Virus genome (UHGV): UHGV-0391923
Direction: 5' to 3' (one strand)
Source: a virus
DNA length: 45,227 nucleotides
The notes beneath the pieces are model-generated. The model ran no database searches. It had not been told where the DNA came from and saw only the letters and a list, made by a program, of their open reading frames with translations. The position numbers and the translations under genes are program-made. Positions 16,694 to 27,608 of this stretch are shown in pieces (the stretch's first letter is position 1; every line of letters starts with the position of its first letter).

Positions 16694-17302
16694 CTAAAGA
16701 CTACGCAAAGCACGTTCAAAAATAACAGCTTCATTAGCAATCTTTTGTGCCTTATCCATGCCATTGATAATCCGACGTGCATTTACATAATCCTTTTTAC
16801 TGTCTGAAATATAGTCTGATAGTTTTCGACCTGTAAACCACCCTTCTTTCATGCCGACAATCATGATTTTAACAGCATGTTCTTTTTTCATAACTAAATC
16901 GGGATTCTGGGTATAATCATAACCCAGTTTGTTTGATGCCTTGTCGTAATTAGCCCACCAAGTAAGCTGAACATAACCACGCCCATAGTATAGATGAGGG
17001 TAGTCATCAAATAGGTATGCTACTTTTTTCAATCCATCAATAAAAGAATACAGTTTGCCTAAACTGTTCTTAAACCATGTTCCATATGGTCTACCTTTTC
17101 CTTTCCCATACTCCTCAATAGGCAGCATGGTTGTAGCAGTTTCATGCCATGTTGTCGCAAGCATGTAGGCTGCTTGTGGATATGAAATGGATTTATCTTT
17201 ATCGAACTCAGATACCAGAAAGTTAATCTGATCAACTTGGCTTTGGTTTAATCGACCTAGATTATTACGCAGTATATTAAATCCACCTGCTGTCATCTTC
17301 AT
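16694..17302 (-). CDS. Endolysin, glycoside hydrolase family 19-like
   Basis: YGRGYVQLTWWANY motif characteristic of GH19 catalytic domains. Confidence 0.75.
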   Translation of the reverse strand: MKMTAGGFNILRNNLGRLNQSQVDQINFLVSEFDKDKSISYPQAAYMLATTWHETATTMLPIEEYGKGKGRPYGTWFKNSLGKLYSFIDGLKKVAYLFDDYPHLYYGRGYVQLTWWANYDKASNKLGYDYTQNPDLVMKKEHAVKIMIVGMKEGWFTGRKLSDYISDSKKDYVNARRIINGMDKAQKIANEAVIFERALRSL

Positions 17303-17517
17303 GATTCCTCACCTCTTTTCTTTTCTTGCTCAGAACTACCGAAGTAGAATCCGCAAGCCGTTGTCATTGCACCCGCAATAAAACCTAAAGCTGTATTAAT
17401 CAGATTGCTATTCTCGCGCGGCATGTCCACAAAGAATAATGCTAGGATTAGAATAAGCATCAAGCCGACTAATGAAAAAGCTAAATATGATCTTGTGTTT
17501 TCAGCGTTCATTGGCAA
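17299..17517 (-). CDS. Putative holin (72 aa, two TM segments)
   Basis: Overlaps the endolysin start; LAFSLVGLMLILILALFFV and LGFIAGAMTTACGFYFG. Confidence 0.55.
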   Translation of the reverse strand: MPMNAENTRSYLAFSLVGLMLILILALFFVDMPRENSNLINTALGFIAGAMTTACGFYFGSSEQEKKRGEES

Positions 17518-17860
17518 TCACCTCAATTCTGGATAGTTTTTCTTTCATCAAAGCATAATCTTGATTGATTTGAATGATTGACGAGCCCACCCAAATACAA
17601 GCCATTAAAACCACACCACCAATGGAGCCTAGAATATACTTAATGGATGATATTCCACCATCCTGCCTTGATTGTCGTGATTCAATATTGCCCACCCGAC
17701 CATCAATTGCTTCAATCATCTGCCTGTTTTCCGCAATCTTGTGTTGATTGGCTTCATTGACAAATGTATGCCGTGTAATGTGGTCTGTTAGCGTCCTGAT
17801 CTCAGATTGAAGTGTGTCAATCTTCTTTTCGAGCCTTAACCCATAGCTTTCATTTTCCAC
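17501..17860 (-). CDS. Coiled-coil protein with a C-terminal TM anchor (possible lysis regulator or spanin substitute)
   Basis: Heptad-rich N-terminus; TM IKYILGSIGGVVLMACIWVGSSII; first gene of the lysis cluster. Confidence 0.45.
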   Translation of the reverse strand: MENESYGLRLEKKIDTLQSEIRTLTDHITRHTFVNEANQHKIAENRQMIEAIDGRVGNIESRQSRQDGGISSIKYILGSIGGVVLMACIWVGSSIIQINQDYALMKEKLSRIEVIANER

Positions 17861-17911
17861 GCCTAACCCCGATATAAGTTTTTCTTATAATAGCATGACT
17901 TGTTGGGCAAT

Positions 17912-17936
17912 AAAAAAGCCCCGAAGGGCTTTTGAT
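17912..17936. terminator. Bidirectional terminator AGCCCcgaaGGGCT flanked by A6/T4
   Basis: Hairpin directly after the tailspike gene. Confidence 0.6.
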
Positions 17937-19978
17937 TAGATTGATTTTACTGTGAGTGTACCGCTTGGAACATCAACTACAACACCTGTATCATTTCGAT
18001 GATACACCGTCACCGTATTAGCTGATGTAACCTCGCCCCACATGCGAGTACCACTTAGAGCTTTATCAAAAGAAACATTGACATTATCCCCAAGTTTAGC
18101 GCCTGTTAATGTAACGGTAGTGCTTTGCTGCACACCGTTTGCTAGACTTGGTGGATCGTATGTTGCAGATGCCTGCGTAGGTTTGGATTTATATTTAACC
18201 CCCAGCGTTTTTGTGGCCGCTGCGATCTCCAAATTAATAAGCAAATGATCGTCCGTAGCCTGCAAGACAAGCGCACCCGCAGGATTAAAAGTCCAACCGA
18301 CAGGAGGTATTAATGTCAACTCCTGAGTATGTGGCGCTACAATTAAAAGCTTTTTACCAATACCGAGAGATATTGCTTTATCAATATCAAGAGTAAGTTG
18401 TTGTGTTGCTGTTGTTGTGCTAATAAACACAAAGTCCGCAGATGTGGTTATGTCAGAGCTATATGATCCGAATCTGTTGACGTTGTAGTCTTCACCATTC
18501 AGATAAAAGCTTGCGCTACTAAATACAGCCTTAGTCCGTCTCCCGCCCGTAGCTACTTCAGAAATGGAAACTCGATAAGAGAATAAATCAACACACTTAC
18601 TTAAATCTATTGCGTGAGATGTACTGAATTTAACTCTGCTGTAGCCACTTTGCTGCCACTGCGCCACATAGTTAAAATTATTTGCCTCAAAATAAGAATT
18701 TGATACTACGTAAGATATTGATAAGGTAAATCGCTCATTTGTTGTAAAGCCAACCCCACAATATTCCGAAATTGCGTAGTCAATTGTTGCACCGTACAAC
18801 GCAGTGCCCCAGAAACCGATACCACAGACTATTGATTGCACTGTACCAAAATTACCACACCCAGAGTTGTTACCAGTCCATCCACAGCCGATTCCATAAA
18901 TGTACCTAATGTTTGTGTCTGTGGACTTAAAGTTTAAGCATGGATAAACCCGAATCTTACTCTCATCTGAATTTATAGACAGTACAGTGTACAGCTCCCC
19001 ACCGTGCATAAGCATAATCGGATTTTTGAAATACTTACCCAATGTATTCGGCGGCAGTGAATCTACAGTTAATTCTGAGTATTGATTGTAGCTAAAATCT
19101 GCATAATCAGTACGAGCGCTGAAGGTTGTGTTGTGACTTGTCTCAACAGAAGTGCCCCCTCTTGACCCAATGTTAGAGTTAAAGTTATATCTGAATGATG
19201 GAAAAATACTGTCATTAATCATCACTAGACCGAAATCGCGGAAGCCCACACAGTTGATTGTATCAATGTAGATGCGACCACCTGAGCCATCTGTTCCTCC
19301 GTCCCCAGTAATAACCCCCGCGAGTTGTTTTCTGTCTTTTACATCTCCAGTTGTCCCTCTCGCGGTAAGCTTTCCAAAGAGCTTGAAATCTACAATGTTT
19401 ATCTGTATCAGTCCATCAATCTCGTATACGGTTTGTGTGTTTGTTAAAGACAAATCTCCGTAGTACGTTCTTGTCTTAAAATCCCCAGTAAGGTATAGTT
19501 TTTTATGAACATAAGCATTAAAAGAAACGTTTGCATTATTAACTATATTTAGCTGACAGAAATCAAAGAAAGCCCTTAACGCACAGTAATCCAAAGAATC
19601 TGTAAGAGACTCAGCAAACGGATATACCGCTTGCGCTTCTGCTAGTGTTACATATCGCTCAGACAATGGGTGATTTAAACCGTCACCAATACCCCCAAAG
19701 TGGTACGGGGTTACTGTAAGGTCGTTAATTTTTTGCTGAGTCAGACCGCTTGAGTCAGAAACAGCTAAAGCAGGCACCCCTCCCTCTTGTGTGATTAGTG
19801 TAATCGCGTCTTGCCACTCGCCAATAGTGGCTTGCGCCTCTGCTGCAATCATCGGCAGTGATTTAAAATCTGCACCATATCGCGGGCTAACAATTACTTT
19901 TTCGTTTACCGCCTTACCAATATCTTCAATATCACGCTTAACGTCTATCAAATCTTGCGTTGAAATGGTTGTAGCCAT
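17936..19978 (-). CDS. Tail fiber/tailspike, probable beta-helix depolymerase
   Basis: N-terminal YHFGGIGDG motif of pectate-lyase-like tailspikes; Gly/Ser/Thr/Asn-rich repetitive body; last tail gene. Confidence 0.7.
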   Translation of the reverse strand: MATTISTQDLIDVKRDIEDIGKAVNEKVIVSPRYGADFKSLPMIAAEAQATIGEWQDAITLITQEGGVPALAVSDSSGLTQQKINDLTVTPYHFGGIGDGLNHPLSERYVTLAEAQAVYPFAESLTDSLDYCALRAFFDFCQLNIVNNANVSFNAYVHKKLYLTGDFKTRTYYGDLSLTNTQTVYEIDGLIQINIVDFKLFGKLTARGTTGDVKDRKQLAGVITGDGGTDGSGGRIYIDTINCVGFRDFGLVMINDSIFPSFRYNFNSNIGSRGGTSVETSHNTTFSARTDYADFSYNQYSELTVDSLPPNTLGKYFKNPIMLMHGGELYTVLSINSDESKIRVYPCLNFKSTDTNIRYIYGIGCGWTGNNSGCGNFGTVQSIVCGIGFWGTALYGATIDYAISEYCGVGFTTNERFTLSISYVVSNSYFEANNFNYVAQWQQSGYSRVKFSTSHAIDLSKCVDLFSYRVSISEVATGGRRTKAVFSSASFYLNGEDYNVNRFGSYSSDITTSADFVFISTTTATQQLTLDIDKAISLGIGKKLLIVAPHTQELTLIPPVGWTFNPAGALVLQATDDHLLINLEIAAATKTLGVKYKSKPTQASATYDPPSLANGVQQSTTVTLTGAKLGDNVNVSFDKALSGTRMWGEVTSANTVTVYHRNDTGVVVDVPSGTLTVKSI

Positions 19979-20005
19979 GCTTAAAATCCTCTGTGTTTCA
20001 CACTA

Positions 20006-22810
20006 TTAAACCACATTATTCAAAATATCTTTATCGTTTCGATAGAATCTATCATCAAAATTGATAAGGCTTAATTCATTCTCGAATAGCTCATTCGGCC
20101 GCTTGGTCGAAACAAGGAATTTTTGCTCATTTTGGCGTGATTCTGTCGTGATAGAGTAAGCTGTTTTAACCTGACCAATCGTGACAAGCGGCTCGGCAGG
20201 AGTACGCTGTAAGACAAACTCATACTCGCTTGCGCCTTGCGTGACATACATTGCATCAATTGCGCCGCTTTTGAGCTGTAAGTGGATTACATGGGTCAGC
20301 CCTGCTTCTAGTGTGTAAGGCTGCGACACGCGAACTGTAAGGCCATTCCAAGCCAATATTTCACCACTTGAGCCATCATCTAGGCGCGTATCATCTGTAT
20401 TCAGCACACAATCACCACGAAATACTAAATCACTTTCACCGTATGCAGTGAAGTTCGCACCAATACGGCTAAACAGCAATTTATTCCAATTCCGCCACGC
20501 AATGATGTGCGCCTGTTCGCGGTATACGATGCCCTTAGCTTCAATCTTTTTCGGCTTGCTGATGAAATCATTCGGCACTTTGATGGTTTTCTCGACCCAG
20601 CCATTTTCAGAATCAACATAAGTCAATTCAACGCCATCATGGATATTTCTTAGTGAGTATTCACGGACTTCGGATTGTGGGCGCTTATTGCGGTGATTAA
20701 ATAAGATAATCGGCTCATTGCTTGCGCTTTCTAGGTCATAATAAATCTTTCTTGATACACGTCTATCATGTGAGCAAGTCGCCATCGCAATCATGCGCAT
20801 CATTTCCTCAAATGACGTGTTTGAGTTATCAAGCGTGTAATTAAACTCGGCCATTTTTTCAGATCCGAAATATTCTACGATTTCATCCCTTGTTTGATAG
20901 ATTCTATCGAAGTCAATTTCCGAAACTGAGCGTCTACCAATCTTCGGATGCAGCGCAAGGTCAATCGTTAAATCAGCCATATTGCGCGATGGCACACGGT
21001 TTGCAGACTTCACACCGCCAACATAGGTATAAACTAGGCTTTCAGCAATACAGTTTAACTGACGCGATTCTCGGCTTGTAGCATTCACTGTTGCAATGGT
21101 TCGAGTGCGAACCAAAACACGATTGTCGTAGACCAATTTAGCAAGGCGATGAAAAGCGTAAGCCTGATAAAACTTGGTTTCGTCGGAAAGGTTTGCTGCA
21201 TCACCGTTGTCGTTTGTGCGACGCGCTCTAAAGCGATATGCACCTGTTGTTGGCAAGTTTACCCATAATGATGTACCGATGGAATCGCGGTTGTTCCCGC
21301 GACCTGTCATGCTTGTAGATGCGCTGTAAATCGTTCCTGATGGTACGCCATTAATTACGCGCTGATATTCAACTGAAATATTAACCGTTTTTGCATTTCC
21401 GCCCTCGTAAATACCGCTAAACGCTCTAAAGTTAAAAAGCATACCTGTTGATTCGGGTGAATCAATCGTAAACCATCCAATGTAGTTGTCTTGGCTACCA
21501 CGAAGTTTAACGCGCGCTACTGGCGTTTGCTGTGAAGATAGTTCCGCCAATTTCAGCCAGTCAGGGTTAATCGTGGATGGTGTTGCAAGCGTGATTGTCT
21601 TGTTTGGAATATCCACGTTAGTAACCGTATATTCGCCATCAAGATAAATATTCGCTGTATTCGCTGTCAGGTTTGCGCTGATGTTTACGTTTGCATTGGC
21701 AGTTAGTTTTGTAAAATCAGCGTTTGTGCTGCTTGGATTCGACAAAGTGATTGTATAAACACCGCCTGAATATGTGATTGAACTCACATCATAAAGCCCC
21801 GCAAGGTCAAGCTGACCATTTATAGGGTCGGTGATTAACATTGCTGTGATATTGATTTTCCTGTAATCCTGATAGCCGATTACAGTCTGCGAGGATGCAA
21901 TTGAAATCGTGTTGTTGGTATAGTTTACGGTTGCTAAACCTGTGATTGCCAAGTCAGCAATACCAAAATTCGCACCCTCGATAATGATATTTTCGTTTGT
22001 TGTGAATCTATCAAAATCGCCTGCATCGCCTGTCACTTTCACCATATTTGGATAGGCAAAATAAACATCATTACGCTCGATTCTTGTTGCATTCGGTGGG
22101 ATTAAAGTTTGCCCGTTAATCGAGTTGCTTTGTTTTGCAATGACTGGCGCTTCGGTGAAATCATCACCGACCTTGTAAATATTTTGCGTTCCAGCAATAT
22201 TTTGACCCAATCCATAAGCAGTGACAGATTTTCCTGTAATCTCCTGAACCGGAGTGTCACCCTCTTTAAATTCGGATAACTGCACTGGATTTTCAGAAAC
22301 GCAAAGCAATAATTCCTCAACCTCTACACCATCAACAAAGTGTCGATATGCAGGTGCATAAAGGTCTGGAATTGCTTTAACACGACCTAGAATGTAAGGC
22401 ACACGCGCTTTAATTCGTTGTTTGTTTTCAGGTGCCGCAAGGTTGTTGTTACTTGAGCCTGTTTGCTCTCCAACACCTGGCGCAGATGGAACATCCAAAA
22501 GCCAATCCACTGCCGCATCAAGTAAGCCAAATGTCAGGACGTTAAACGTGTCCATAACGAAATCCACAACCGCATCCCCTGGATAGCAAACAATGGTCAA
22601 GTCGTCTTTGATATTAATCAGGCGTTCGATGCTTTCAGGTTTGTCGCTAGTCGGTGTAATGTCGCTTTCAGGACACGGATTACCTAGATATATTTTTGCT
22701 TTCGGGTGAATCGCCTTAATATCCAAAAAAACTTTAAACGGATTATCACTATTTACGGTCGTTTGCTCAGTTTGGTCTAAAGCGTTTTTAATGATGCAAA
22801 TTTGGCTCAT
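20006..22810 (-). CDS. Tail tip / host-specificity protein (lambda J-like central fiber)
   Basis: 934 aa; sits after the K-like gene in lambda order. Confidence 0.7.
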   Translation of the reverse strand: MSQICIIKNALDQTEQTTVNSDNPFKVFLDIKAIHPKAKIYLGNPCPESDITPTSDKPESIERLINIKDDLTIVCYPGDAVVDFVMDTFNVLTFGLLDAAVDWLLDVPSAPGVGEQTGSSNNNLAAPENKQRIKARVPYILGRVKAIPDLYAPAYRHFVDGVEVEELLLCVSENPVQLSEFKEGDTPVQEITGKSVTAYGLGQNIAGTQNIYKVGDDFTEAPVIAKQSNSINGQTLIPPNATRIERNDVYFAYPNMVKVTGDAGDFDRFTTNENIIIEGANFGIADLAITGLATVNYTNNTISIASSQTVIGYQDYRKINITAMLITDPINGQLDLAGLYDVSSITYSGGVYTITLSNPSSTNADFTKLTANANVNISANLTANTANIYLDGEYTVTNVDIPNKTITLATPSTINPDWLKLAELSSQQTPVARVKLRGSQDNYIGWFTIDSPESTGMLFNFRAFSGIYEGGNAKTVNISVEYQRVINGVPSGTIYSASTSMTGRGNNRDSIGTSLWVNLPTTGAYRFRARRTNDNGDAANLSDETKFYQAYAFHRLAKLVYDNRVLVRTRTIATVNATSRESRQLNCIAESLVYTYVGGVKSANRVPSRNMADLTIDLALHPKIGRRSVSEIDFDRIYQTRDEIVEYFGSEKMAEFNYTLDNSNTSFEEMMRMIAMATCSHDRRVSRKIYYDLESASNEPIILFNHRNKRPQSEVREYSLRNIHDGVELTYVDSENGWVEKTIKVPNDFISKPKKIEAKGIVYREQAHIIAWRNWNKLLFSRIGANFTAYGESDLVFRGDCVLNTDDTRLDDGSSGEILAWNGLTVRVSQPYTLEAGLTHVIHLQLKSGAIDAMYVTQGASEYEFVLQRTPAEPLVTIGQVKTAYSITTESRQNEQKFLVSTKRPNELFENELSLINFDDRFYRNDKDILNNVV

Positions 22811-23153
22811 AAAAGCGTACCCTTTTAAACATTAGTTTGATTTGTTCAAGTGTTGGCCGTTGCACACCGCGCTCGGTTAGGTGAAATACACGGTTTTTAT
22901 AGTATAAACCAACGTGCGAACTTTCGTCATAATTCGTCATTAAAACCACGCAGCCATCTTTAGGTGATTGAATGCGCTTGCCTGTCGATAGGTTTTGCTT
23001 TGATGTTTTAATCGTTTCACTTAATGAGCCTGTCATGCCGACAAAGCAGTGCGCGTAATCGGTATGATAAATCTCTTTTGCTGCATCTATCACAAAATGA
23101 ACACAGTGATATTTTTCAGGGTTATATTGCTTTCTGAATAACGCTTCAATCAT
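22788..23153 (-). CDS. Tail assembly protein, NlpC/P60-like (lambda K-like)
   Basis: Cys...His pairing (CVHFV...HVGLYY), size and position. Confidence 0.5.
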   Translation of the reverse strand: MIEALFRKQYNPEKYHCVHFVIDAAKEIYHTDYAHCFVGMTGSLSETIKTSKQNLSTGKRIQSPKDGCVVLMTNYDESSHVGLYYKNRVFHLTERGVQRPTLEQIKLMFKRVRFYEPNLHH

Positions 23154-23659
23154 TAGTAGAATCCAATCAATGCAGGGTCACTAGATGCAGTATAGACTTC
23201 ACCGTTACCAAGCTCATTCAGGCTCGGTGCTTTAGATTGACAGCTTGCACCTTTCCAGTCGCGGGTTACTTTGTCCAATTCAAGATCACGCGCAATAAAA
23301 ATAGGCGTGTCGTACTTGCCGATGAAATAAGCGCGATAAGTAACAAGAGGATATTCAATCACTTCATCTTTGATAAACAAATCAACCAATTCAGGCACGA
23401 TGCTACCCAAGTCACCAAATACGAAATTAAGTTCTTGTTCAAGTGTTTCCGAATCTGTCGAGCGTTCAATTTTAATCTGCGCATAAATGTACTGATAGGA
23501 CTGGCCGTTTTCATGGGTCAGTGTCAGTGGAATATTTGAATTGGAAGCATAACGCAGCACACTCGGCCATTTTGAGTGACTGATCTCGATTGCTTCAACA
23601 ATTCCAAGCGGCCCATTGCTTTGATCTAAAATCTGCTTAACTTCTTCTGTAATTTCCAT
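23153..23659 (-). CDS. Minor tail protein (lambda L-like position)
   Basis: Synteny only. Confidence 0.45.
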   Translation of the reverse strand: MEITEEVKQILDQSNGPLGIVEAIEISHSKWPSVLRYASNSNIPLTLTHENGQSYQYIYAQIKIERSTDSETLEQELNFVFGDLGSIVPELVDLFIKDEVIEYPLVTYRAYFIGKYDTPIFIARDLELDKVTRDWKGASCQSKAPSLNELGNGEVYTASSDPALIGFY

Positions 23660-24129
23660 TATTCCACCCCTACTGCATCAGGCAGCCATACGTTCGGAAT
23701 TTTCTCAATATCTGGAATCACGGTATCTTCTGTATTATCAAAAATAGTGATAATGTCACGGTCAAAGTCAGCATCACGCGCGATTGGTGTCACATAAACC
23801 GTGAATGAAATTCTGCGAGCAAATGCGCCAACTAGAGTTTCCTGTGGTACGGCTTCGGCGGAAAACTGACAAATGCAGTCTTCCATATCGCCGCTATCCA
23901 ATGCTAGATTCCAAAGAAATTGCTTAGTCTGATTCAGTCGCCAAAACGCCCAAAAGTATTGCCGTTCTCGTGGGTCTTGTGCCATGACTTGCGCCCCGAC
24001 ACGATGCACCGCGCCGATGAATTTAATCACCTGACGCGGTTGGCCACCCTCTAAAGCCTGCTCGCGGACGTTATTGCCCGCCATGAAGTTATAGCCATCT
24101 TGCAGGGGGCAAAGTTTAAAAGTATCCAT
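23659..24129 (-). CDS. Minor tail protein (lambda M-like position)
   Basis: Synteny only. Confidence 0.45.
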   Translation of the reverse strand: MDTFKLCPLQDGYNFMAGNNVREQALEGGQPRQVIKFIGAVHRVGAQVMAQDPRERQYFWAFWRLNQTKQFLWNLALDSGDMEDCICQFSAEAVPQETLVGAFARRISFTVYVTPIARDADFDRDIITIFDNTEDTVIPDIEKIPNVWLPDAVGVE

Positions 24130-24138
24130 TAAAAACTC

Positions 24139-27100
24139 CTATCGTTTCGGTGCTATGCCGAAAGCGCCCTGAATGGCTCGGCTTTCATTACTGTTCGGGC
24201 GGTTCACGTTGCCCCACGACTGATTAATCATATTCTCGACAATATCAATTGTAACACCGTTTTCACTTTGAGTTTGCACAGCTTTATAGCCTTGCGGTAC
24301 GTTAATAATCACATTCACGCCTGAGCCTGAATCTAGCGTTCCACCATTGTTCAATGCATCCAATGTGCCACGACCTACGCGCTTGGTTGCTTCTGCATTT
24401 AGCACGTATTCCTGACCATGCACCACGCCTGCAACATCATTAACGCCCCCGTTGCCTGTATAGCCGCCTGACTTGAAGCCACCCTCGCGCACAGCCTTAA
24501 TATCTGATACCAGTGTAGCGGTTTGCGCTGCTACCGTTGCTGCTGCGCCCAAGTTTAAAGGGAATGGCAAGGAAAACGCTTGTGCAATACCGTTCTTAAT
24601 CGCAATCAATGAGCTTGCAATAGCAAAGGCTTTCTGAGCTGTAAACATCAGTTTATAGCCGTTCGATTGCTCGCCTGCAATGGTCTTAAACGTGTCGGCA
24701 AATGAGCCTGCTATTTGTTGGCCGTAACTTAGTTGCAAGTTGAGTCGTGCTGCCTGATACTCCCTATCAAGCTGGAGAAGTTTTTCGTTCTTTTCTTGCT
24801 CGGTGATAAACTCCCATTCATGCGCTGCGATGATGGCTTCACGTCTTTTCTGAAACTCCGCTTCCATCGAATAATCAACGCCAATCGCACCTAAGTAATT
24901 CTGCGCTACGGTTTGTTGCTGCATTGCTGTATCGGCTGCTTCACGTCCAAATGTGCCTGCAATCTGAGTCTGTCTTTCCTGCTCGGTCAATTGCTTGTTT
25001 CTGAGGATTTCTTCACGCTCCAAGCGATAGCGTTCTGCAATCTTGTCTTTTTCAGACATGAATACTTCATTGGCTGCGAATAGACGTTTTTCTTTGTTTA
25101 ACTCGATTTGTGCTAATTCATAACCGAACTCAATTTTAAGCGCATCAAGTTTGAGCTTTTGCTGCTCTTGCGTTAATTCCGCATCAGCCTTTATTTCCTG
25201 TTCTCTGATGTTCGCTCTAAACCTAAGCTTCTTCTCCTCGCTCAGTTCAAATTCAACAAGGTCATACTCGAACCTCATTTTAATGAGCTTAACTTCCTCA
25301 TTAAATCTGTTTTTGGCAGCTTCAGTGTACTGATCTTGCTCTGATGATGCGAAATTTGCTTTTTGAATATCAGCAATTTCACGTGCTAGGTCTTTTTCAA
25401 TCCTGCTAATACGATCAGAATACTCGTATGCAATTTGTTCGCGTAATTGGTACTGTTCTTCTTGCAGTCGTTCCGCTTCTTTGGCTTGTCGATTGTCTTC
25501 TCGTTCTTGTTTCTTTCTAGCCTTTTCTGCTTCTGATTCCGCTTTTTTGCTTGCTTTGGCCGATGCTGATTGAGCCTTGCTATAGTTCTCTGCTTTTTGC
25601 GTTTGCGTGACAATGTTAGAAATCAGCTTTTTATCTTCTGCTGAAATCTGACCTTTTGTTTTCTTTTGTGCTTCAAGCAGTAATTGTGCTTCTTGCAGTG
25701 ACTTGCCGTATTTTTGAGTTACAGTATTTAAGAATACTTGGTCGTAAAGTTTTTGCTGCAAAGACTGCGTATATTCACGGTTCGCACTTGCTGCATTGCG
25801 TGTCGAATTCGCGTCTTGGTCCATTGCTGCGGCTTTATTTAGTGCCTTGTTTGCAGCGTCTTGCATGGCATTACCTGCAAGGTTTACTTCAACCTTGAGC
25901 GCGGCTAACGCTCTTTGCGTATTTCCTGCTTTGATTGAGTTCTCATCATACTGATCAGCTTGGTCTTTCAGCTTGTTATACAGGTCTACCGAGATTTTTT
26001 CGTTATTCAGAAGCTTGATAGCATCCGTGTAGCTAATCACGCCATTTCTAGCGTCCTCTGTGATTTTTCTAGCGCGTTCATTTTCTACGGATGATGCTCG
26101 AATAGCAAAAAGAACAGCATCCACGGCTTCTTTGGATTTTGACAAGGCTTCATTTTGTGAGTTAAACGCTGCTGTTAAATCATTGACTGCTGAAACTTTG
26201 TCATTGCCCGCAAGCTTTTCAAGTTCTTCACTTGTCTTGCTTGCGATTTGCCCTTGCTCCTCAAGCTTTGCATTCGCTTCGGCTGTACGGCTTTGCAGGT
26301 ACATGTAGCCTGCTGCGAGTGCGCCAACGCCTATAGTGATTGCTCCGATTGGGCCACCGACCAAACCAAGCAAGCGACTTCCTAGCGACACAGAAGTATT
26401 CAATGCGCCCTGTGCTGCATTCTGCGCAATGATGGATTGCGTCACAGCATCACTAGCAAGCTTGTAACGCGCGTTTGCTGCTGCTGCCCCATACTTGGCT
26501 TGGGTTTCTGCATTCGTGGCTTGTACGTTCGCTAGATGCGCTTTAGCTTCGTTTACCTTAGTTGTGGCAAGTGCAATGCTTGCTTGCGCTTCTGCTGCGT
26601 CTGCTGCTTTCTGAGCTATGCTTGCGGCAATAGCACCCTGCGCCGCAACTGTTTTTGTAAGAATGGCTTTGGTGATGTATCCAATACCGCCCACGACTGC
26701 TGCATCAGCAAGCAGTGACAGGTTTTCAGAAAGTAGCTTGATTGAACCTGCAAGTAGATTCGCTGCACCGCTTGACTGTCCCGCTTCACCGATGAATTTT
26801 GTAAGCTCGTTGCTTAAAAGGCCGATGGATTGACTAATCGTTACATCAGTTTTTGCAAATAATTGTTCAACACTGTCAGCCGATTTTGTTAAGGCATCAA
26901 CAAGCACATCGCCCGTGATTTTGCCTTCTGCTGCGACTGCTCGCAATTGTCCGACCGTGATGCCCATACCTTGCGCAATAGCTTTTGCAAGTGCTGGCGT
27001 TTGTTCAAGAATCGAGTTAAGTTCTTCACCGCGCAATGTACCAGATGCTAAAGCCTGCCCGAATTGGGTCAATGCTGCTTCTGCTGCTTGAGTTGATGCG

Positions 27101-27537
27101 CCGGATACCGCAACGGCTTTAGATACGGTTTCAGTCAGCTTTGCGGTCTGCTCCATGTTGATACCGAGCGTTTTGGCATTGTCGCTGAATCGCTGATAAA
27201 CCTGTACAACTGAATCCCATGTTTGATATGACCGTTGCGCAATCCCGAATGTGTCATTCATCGCCTTATTAAGTTCTTGCTGCGAATTGGTGACAAGTTT
27301 TAATCGGTTTTGCAAGTTGGTATAAGCATCAATTTTGTTGATAGCCGCGCCTACTGTAACCACGCCCGCCATATAGCCTGCAAGGGCTTGCATGGACGTG
27401 CCTAGCGCGTTGGTTTGAGATACGGCTTTATTGCCGTTGTTGGTGATGCCTTGCAATTCTGAGTTCAACGCCTTAGCTGTTCGTTCAGCGTTTCTAGCGT
27501 CAATTGATATAACTAAGCGTGATTCTTGAACAGCCAT
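24139..27537 (-). CDS. Tail tape measure protein
   Basis: 1132 aa, Ala/Gln-rich coiled-coil, immediately downstream of the G/GT chaperone pair. Confidence 0.9.
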   Translation of the reverse strand: MAVQESRLVISIDARNAERTAKALNSELQGITNNGNKAVSQTNALGTSMQALAGYMAGVVTVGAAINKIDAYTNLQNRLKLVTNSQQELNKAMNDTFGIAQRSYQTWDSVVQVYQRFSDNAKTLGINMEQTAKLTETVSKAVAVSGASTQAAEAALTQFGQALASGTLRGEELNSILEQTPALAKAIAQGMGITVGQLRAVAAEGKITGDVLVDALTKSADSVEQLFAKTDVTISQSIGLLSNELTKFIGEAGQSSGAANLLAGSIKLLSENLSLLADAAVVGGIGYITKAILTKTVAAQGAIAASIAQKAADAAEAQASIALATTKVNEAKAHLANVQATNAETQAKYGAAAANARYKLASDAVTQSIIAQNAAQGALNTSVSLGSRLLGLVGGPIGAITIGVGALAAGYMYLQSRTAEANAKLEEQGQIASKTSEELEKLAGNDKVSAVNDLTAAFNSQNEALSKSKEAVDAVLFAIRASSVENERARKITEDARNGVISYTDAIKLLNNEKISVDLYNKLKDQADQYDENSIKAGNTQRALAALKVEVNLAGNAMQDAANKALNKAAAMDQDANSTRNAASANREYTQSLQQKLYDQVFLNTVTQKYGKSLQEAQLLLEAQKKTKGQISAEDKKLISNIVTQTQKAENYSKAQSASAKASKKAESEAEKARKKQEREDNRQAKEAERLQEEQYQLREQIAYEYSDRISRIEKDLAREIADIQKANFASSEQDQYTEAAKNRFNEEVKLIKMRFEYDLVEFELSEEKKLRFRANIREQEIKADAELTQEQQKLKLDALKIEFGYELAQIELNKEKRLFAANEVFMSEKDKIAERYRLEREEILRNKQLTEQERQTQIAGTFGREAADTAMQQQTVAQNYLGAIGVDYSMEAEFQKRREAIIAAHEWEFITEQEKNEKLLQLDREYQAARLNLQLSYGQQIAGSFADTFKTIAGEQSNGYKLMFTAQKAFAIASSLIAIKNGIAQAFSLPFPLNLGAAATVAAQTATLVSDIKAVREGGFKSGGYTGNGGVNDVAGVVHGQEYVLNAEATKRVGRGTLDALNNGGTLDSGSGVNVIINVPQGYKAVQTQSENGVTIDIVENMINQSWGNVNRPNSNESRAIQGAFGIAPKR

Positions 27538-27608
27538 TGTGCTTACCCTATTTTTAGACTAAGCACAGTATAACAAATAATTAAAACTGATAATTAAATA
27601 GACCGCCA

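Noticed and set aside
24139-27537. Several 60-80-aa plus-strand ORFs antisense to the tape-measure gene
   Set aside because: Typical antisense shadow ORFs in a long Ala/Gln-rich gene
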